Below, piece after piece: positions 58,726-64,000 of a stretch of 64,000 bases of DNA; within the stretch, counting starts at the first letter, position 1; each line of letters begins with the position of its first letter. Under the pieces are notes generated by a model that was not told the origin of the DNA, searched no databases, and was given only the letters and a program-made list of their open reading frames with translations. The translations under genes and the position numbers were made by a program. Origin of the DNA: Macrostomum hystrix (Eukaryota > Animalia > Platyhelminthes); contig CATNEN010000034.1 in the NCBI GenBank assembly GCA_950097015.1, forward strand, positions 3,906,001 through 3,970,000, in the 5' to 3' direction.

Positions 58726-60439
58726 ATTTAGGACTTCAGCAAATTTGTAAAATGCCAGCAATGCAGAAAAAACGGAAAATTGTGCAAACTGCAGTTTGGC
58801 CAATTGATAGACTTGGGTTCTCGTCCAATCAGATTCCGCTATGCTGGTACCTACCCGCCTCAGTCATTCTAGCTTTTCTTATGAGCTTAATCCTGTCCAA
58901 ATCTTTAAAAGAGCCAGTTTTTTACCGCGAGAATTTCTTCGTAGTATTTACGAAGTATTACGAAGTATAAACGTAGTATTTTTAGAGTTGGGTAGGTGTG
59001 CAGAATACTGCGCGAATAGAATCGAATATTAATCAACAACTTCCTGCAAAAGCAAAGAGTTTTCTTCTACACTACCTTCCAGACGGGACTTGATCCCGGC
59101 CAAGCCGTCATGACAACAATGTCTGGAAATCGTGACTTTCTACGACCCTGCGATAGTACACCGTTTCATCCGTACAGTCCCTCAGCTTCCAGGGCTTTCG
59201 CAGCTGCGGCAACCGCTGCAGCTTCACGTGACTATTTTGGTGAGCGATTAAATATGCTAAGAGCAGTCGATCCGACAGTTTAAATCATTAGACAGACCAC
59301 CCAGGTGACACTCACAGCCAAAATGTACTTTTAAACATTTGGCCAGAAGTACTTTTATCAGCAAGTTATTGTAAAAGAATATATATATACGAAAAGCCTG
59401 ATGCGCAAACAGAATGTTCTTAGCAACAAAAAAGCGATCGCCACATTTGTTGCAGCAATTTTGGCACGTATCTGCGACGCAAAGTAAAACAAAAAAATCC
59501 GTTAGACTTATGGACATTCCTGGAAACACACCCACTACGCAGTACCCACCCCCCAAGGCTAAACCGCAAACTGCACTATCAATTCTCTTTCTCCCTTCTC
59601 CCTGTCTTGTACAATTCTTCCTCTTCTTTGCTGCTTCTGTTGTGGGGCATATTTTCGCTTGGCAAATCCCCCTGATCCCCAAGCCGAGTTGCTGACTGTA
59701 AAAAGTAGTTTTTAAGTATTTTCCCTTCTTCCCCTCTCCCTTAACAGCACGGTGATGATGAGTCATCGCAACCGTAATCCCCAAATACACCAGCCAAAGA
59801 GGGGAGTTTTTTCCCAGGCCCCTTTTGCCGCCATCTCCTGACTGGCTGGCAGTCGGCCAAACCGCCTGTACCCGCAATCTGCGCGTTGTCCTCGAGATTC
59901 ACTGGAATAGCAGAACAGCAGGCACCCCATGTCTACCGTCTGCATCCCCAAGCCTTATAATTCTTCCACTTTCCTGTGACTCTCAGCCTCCAAGCAGGAC
60001 TCATTTCATTCAATTCATTCTAACTGCATATCAACAATAAATGGAGGACTAGCTATATACCACTAATAGTATAGTGTCTCTGAGTTTCATGAGGCTGAGG
60101 ATAAGAAAATGGTTGGCTAAATCCCTTGTTTATTAGGATAGTATACATCAGATATAATTTATTATTCATTCCAAGCAGCTCACTGGCTGTACTTATATCT
60201 TATATCTTCTAATATAATATAATACGAATCCTACCACACATTTATCAAAGCAGCATCTCATGAATACTAAATTTGAGAAGTTCATACTCAACTGTCCCAC
60301 TGAGTGTAAATAATCATCAGTTTAGCTCAGCGCAACGCTTTTCAATTCTAGATATAAACAAGTTAGTGAATGGGATATTAGCGGCACATCGATTGTGGCT
60401 TATCTTATGAAGATTGGGATTTAGGAGTTGTAGGATTAG

Positions 60440-61280
60440 GGGTTTGTAGGATTTCTGGTTTGTGGGATTTAGGGTTTATGGGATTTAGGGTTTATGGGAT
60501 TTAGGGTTTATGGGATTTAGGGTTTATGGGATTTAGGGTTTATGGGATTTAGGGTTTATGGGATTTAGGGTTTATGGGATTTAGGGTTTATGGGATTTAG
60601 GGTTTATGGGATTTAGGGTTTATGGGATTTAGGGTTAAGGGATTTCGAATTTGTGTGATTTAGGGCTTATGGGATTTAGGGTTTATGGGATTTAGGGTTT
60701 ATGGGATTTAGGGTTTATGGGATTTAGGGTTTATGGGATTTAGGGTTTATGGGATTTAGGGTTTATGGGATTTATGGTTAAGGGATTTCGAATTTGTGTG
60801 ATTTAGGGCTTATGGGATTTAGGGTTTATGGGATTTAGGGTTTATGGGATTTAGGGTTTATGGGATTTAGGGTTTATGGGATTTAGGGTTTATGGGATTT
60901 AGGGTTTATGGGATTTAGGGTTTATGGGATTTAGGGTTTATGGGATTTAGGGTTTATGGGATTTAGGGTTAAGGGATTGCGAATTTGTGTGATTTAGGGC
61001 TTATGGGATTTAGGGTTTATGGGATTTAGGGTTAAGTGATTGCGAATTTGTGTGATTTAGGGCTTATGGGATTTAGGGTTTATGGGATTTAGGGTTAAGG
61101 GATTTCGAATTGTGTGATTTAGGGCTTATGGGATTTAGGGTTTATGGGATTTAGGGTTTATGGGATTTAGGGTTTATGTGATTTAGGGTTTATGGGATTT
61201 AGGGTTTATGGGATTTAGGGTTTATGGGATTTAGGGTTTATGGGAATTAAGGTTTATGGGATTTAGGGTTTATGGGATAG
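60440..61280. repeat. 16-bp satellite (GGGATTTAGGGTTTAT) containing TTAGGG in each unit, with periodic longer variants
   Basis: Tandem units; variant AAGGGATTTCGAATTTGTGTGATTTAGGGCTTAT recurs about 5 times. Confidence 0.95.
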
Positions 61281-63104
61281 TTAGAAAAGTAACTTTAGCG
61301 AAATAGCGACTCCCGTTGTGAGTGCATGTTTCTTTTCGGCCCTAAACTAGTCGACCCGCGAATCTAATTCTCTCTCCAGCTTTTTAAAATGCGCCTTTGA
61401 ATAATTTTCATCCACTCCAAATCCACTTATTCGGGAGGCTGGATCTAGTGGCAGGTCAAGTGGCATCAGTGCCAACTGCATCAATGAATGCCCTTTGACT
61501 TCAAGGATCTGCTCAACCTTAAATTCCGAATCCCAAAGCGCCCGCCTGTCTTTGTTGAGACCTCAGTTTTATAAAGGTCGCGTGGCTGTACCGATGCTTC
61601 ATAAAGAATCATATTTTAATAATAAAATATGACGCCAAGCGATCCTCAGATGATGAAGTGTAAAAAACAAAAAATATATTGTAGAATTTTTTATCAGATA
61701 GAATAATAGGCATTTTCAGTCTCCAATAATTTAGCTGTGTTTCACCGTGTCTGTGGCCTCGTCACGAAACTGTTGCCTTTCCATATTGCCATTTCCTATC
61801 TCCCACCAGCCCAAGCATTTTCTTTTTTTTGACAGCACGTGATTAACTTCAGCCTCACAAACGAGTCCCGCTAACTTCTAGAAGCGATTGAAAAAACAGT
61901 ATAAGCCAAAGAATGAATGGAAGACCGCGTCGGCTGCGGGGCTGCTGCCATAGTGGGGGGGGGGAGAGAGAACTCGTCAACATGTCGCTGTTCAAAGGCG
62001 GCACTTTACCGCGCCGACAAAAGCATGCCCCTATCCCGGCCTTTCTATATTCCACTATTTTTCAATCTCAATGTTTATTCTAAGTCTTCTATAAAGGCGC
62101 ATTTTGGGACCCTTCCCAAAAAGGAGGTCTCTTCCCCGACTCTCTTTCTGCTCCCTACTGACTTTGCGAGTGCCAACCACCGCAGAGGAGCAGCGACCTG
62201 TCTACTTCCTCTATTTTTTTCACAGATCCCCACCATCCATGCTTTCCAACAAAATCTATACATTTAGCATGTGTGGCGCCGTAGATTTTGCTAAACAAAG
62301 TCAGGTACTGCAGCCCAAATTACTAGGAGCTATTTATTGGCCTAACCCCCAATACAGAACTGTGAGGTCAACACAACTTCAATTCGTTGTTCTTGTTCTT
62401 TGAATCAGTATATAGTAGCATTCCAAGCTTAATTGCACTGGGGAGGGACTAAAATCCTCACTTTAAGCTAGAAGAACCAGTAATTAGCACAGTGATTAGA
62501 CGATGATGTCAGAATGTTAAAAGCCTGTATTATGGATTAATTGGGTGTAGACAAGTAGTGCATTGCGACCTGGGAAATCGATGTGGAATGCTTCTCGCGT
62601 GCACAGCCATTATTTGAAATGAAAATATAACGAAAGCAATAATTAGCTCATTATCCCAATAGGACAGATCCCAATGTTCCGCTTCATTGACCAGCATTCC
62701 CTAGCCTTGTATTCAGTAAAAAAACACGTCTTTATTTGGTGCTAGCCCCAGGGCCCATCCCCTACTACCCTGGGGGGTCGGACGAGAATAATACAAAAAT
62801 ATATCCCAATGAAGTGAAAGTTAAGCAGAATAGACATATGGAGACACAGGTAGAGACTCACCGAGGCTACACAAACTGGAAACCCGATACCAGGTTTGGT
62901 CTCATTGGATCTTCATTCCGTCTCACAGTATGGCTGCTCGTATCTTATCCGCAATGGACCATTTGGGTCTCCATGGTGACACTGCGGCCAGCAACCAATA
63001 GATTCCGAAGGGAAGTGAGAGCAAATTTGGATGAATAAGCTGGGTTTTGGGATCAAATTTTGGTTCTAGTAAATGGAACCCACTTTCCGTTTGCCATATG
63101 AAAA

Positions 63105-63470
63105 TATAATAATAATAATAATTGCAGGAGGGCTGCGGGCATTGGCACATCATTTGGTGACAGTAGACATGCAGCCAGCGAGGAGGCAGTTCTGCCCATT
63201 TCGCTGACTCCTGAGCACACACGCACACAGATACTGTACGCAGGCATACGCTCACACAGGTGTGTACATCTGCCCTGACTTTCTCATCGTCAGGCAGTGT
63301 ACGCTCTCACTGTGCCTTGGAGGTTGGCCCTCAAGGGCGTAAATTGCCCGACAAGCCCCAAAGTCTTCTCTCCGCGGCTGCGACCCCAAATGAATGTGGC
63401 CTCGCCGCGGAATCGAGCTCAGGGACCTTGGTGCGTGAGGCGTCAGCGATAACGCTGACCGCTCTGCCAT
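63105..63470 (-). mobile_element. tRNA-derived SINE (family B), uninterrupted copy
   Basis: Collinear with 27850-28540 minus the LINE insert; (TTA)n tail. Confidence 0.8.
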
Positions 63471-63584
63471 TCACTCACTCAAATTATGCTAAATAGCTCT
63501 TTAAAAAATTCCCAATTTCCCAATTATCTTTGTTGCTAGGCTAAAGAAAACGCGGACCACACGTAACTTACGCATTTCCCACAG

Positions 63585-64000
63585 CGCCACCGGCGCACCC
63601 GCCACCGGAGCAACGCACTGAAGCCGCAGCGGCTGTGCCACCGAGTCCGCCATTGCTGGCCCCGAAGCGGCAGTGCCGCTCGCTGACGCTGCTCCGCGGC
63701 GGCCTCCACCGGCCAGTGCCGCTGCGGCCGCCCGGTCCGCTGCTCGAGCTCGGCCTGCGAGATCTGCGCCTCTACGGTGAGGCGCCAGCTGCTCCGCCTC
63801 CGCCTCCGCCTCCTCAGCCGCCGGGCAGTCCACCTGACAGCCTGTCGCCGAGAAGCTTTCCTAACTCTTCTCCGGGTGGATCTCCCCAGCAGTGGCATCA
63901 GCAGCTGCTTCTACCGGTGCCACCGCCCCCGCAGCCTTTGTCGCCAATACAGTTTCAGCAGCAGCAGAGACGAAGGCTTCAGCGTCAGCAACGTCAGTCA
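63585..64000 (+). CDS. Partial Pro/Gln-rich exon running off the window end
   Basis: Acceptor TTTCCCACAG at 63575-63584; frame PPAHPPPEQ...LLELGLRDLRLYGEAPAAPPPPPPQ...QFQQQQRRRL is open to 64000; the overlapping minus-strand ORFs look like its shadows. Confidence 0.55.

Noticed and set aside
59257-59877. 206-aa minus-strand ORF and neighbouring ORFs
   Set aside because: No ATG start, no recognisable domain or splice structure, and composition not coding-like
61330-61540. Chromodomain-like start (EFKVEQILEVKG) on the minus strand
   Set aside because: The downstream aromatic-cage residues are absent and the frame is short
63501-63898. Minus-strand ORFs of 110 and 120 aa
   Set aside because: Arg- and Ala-rich runs are the expected antisense of the Pro/Gln-rich plus frame, although a minus-strand GTAAGT near 63572 leaves some doubt

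Overview
This is a eukaryotic (metazoan) genomic window. Minisatellite-filled introns, GC-rich exons and AT-rich spacers resemble the flatworm Macrostomum lignano; the species call is inference. Spliced genes reconstructed by hand: a single-pass LRR receptor-like gene (-), a complete M17 leucyl aminopeptidase (+), two tandem C6orf89/BRAP-like paralogs (+), and a co-oriented minus-strand run of RPB7, an intronless STAT, a TRAF-like RING/zinc-finger gene, a secreted PAN-like plus fibrinogen-domain gene and two selenoprotein W paralogs. The ORF track misses both SelW genes because their in-frame TGA encodes Sec. Each has a 3' SECIS, and the two SECIS show compensatory base changes. The accessory region 11-26 kb holds three near-identical Helitron derivatives (two joined head-to-tail) and a 9.8-kb Foldback/Mutator-like element. 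That element has a 9-11 bp target-site duplication, arms built from inverted 61-bp tandem repeats, and LINE and Helitron sequences inside. Also present are tRNA-derived SINEs (one CORE-like), a hAT MITE carrying a minisatellite and many intronic minisatellites. One of these multiplies a splice donor in frame and could add Cys-rich heptads to the fibrinogen-domain protein. All alignments were done by eye; no database search was run.
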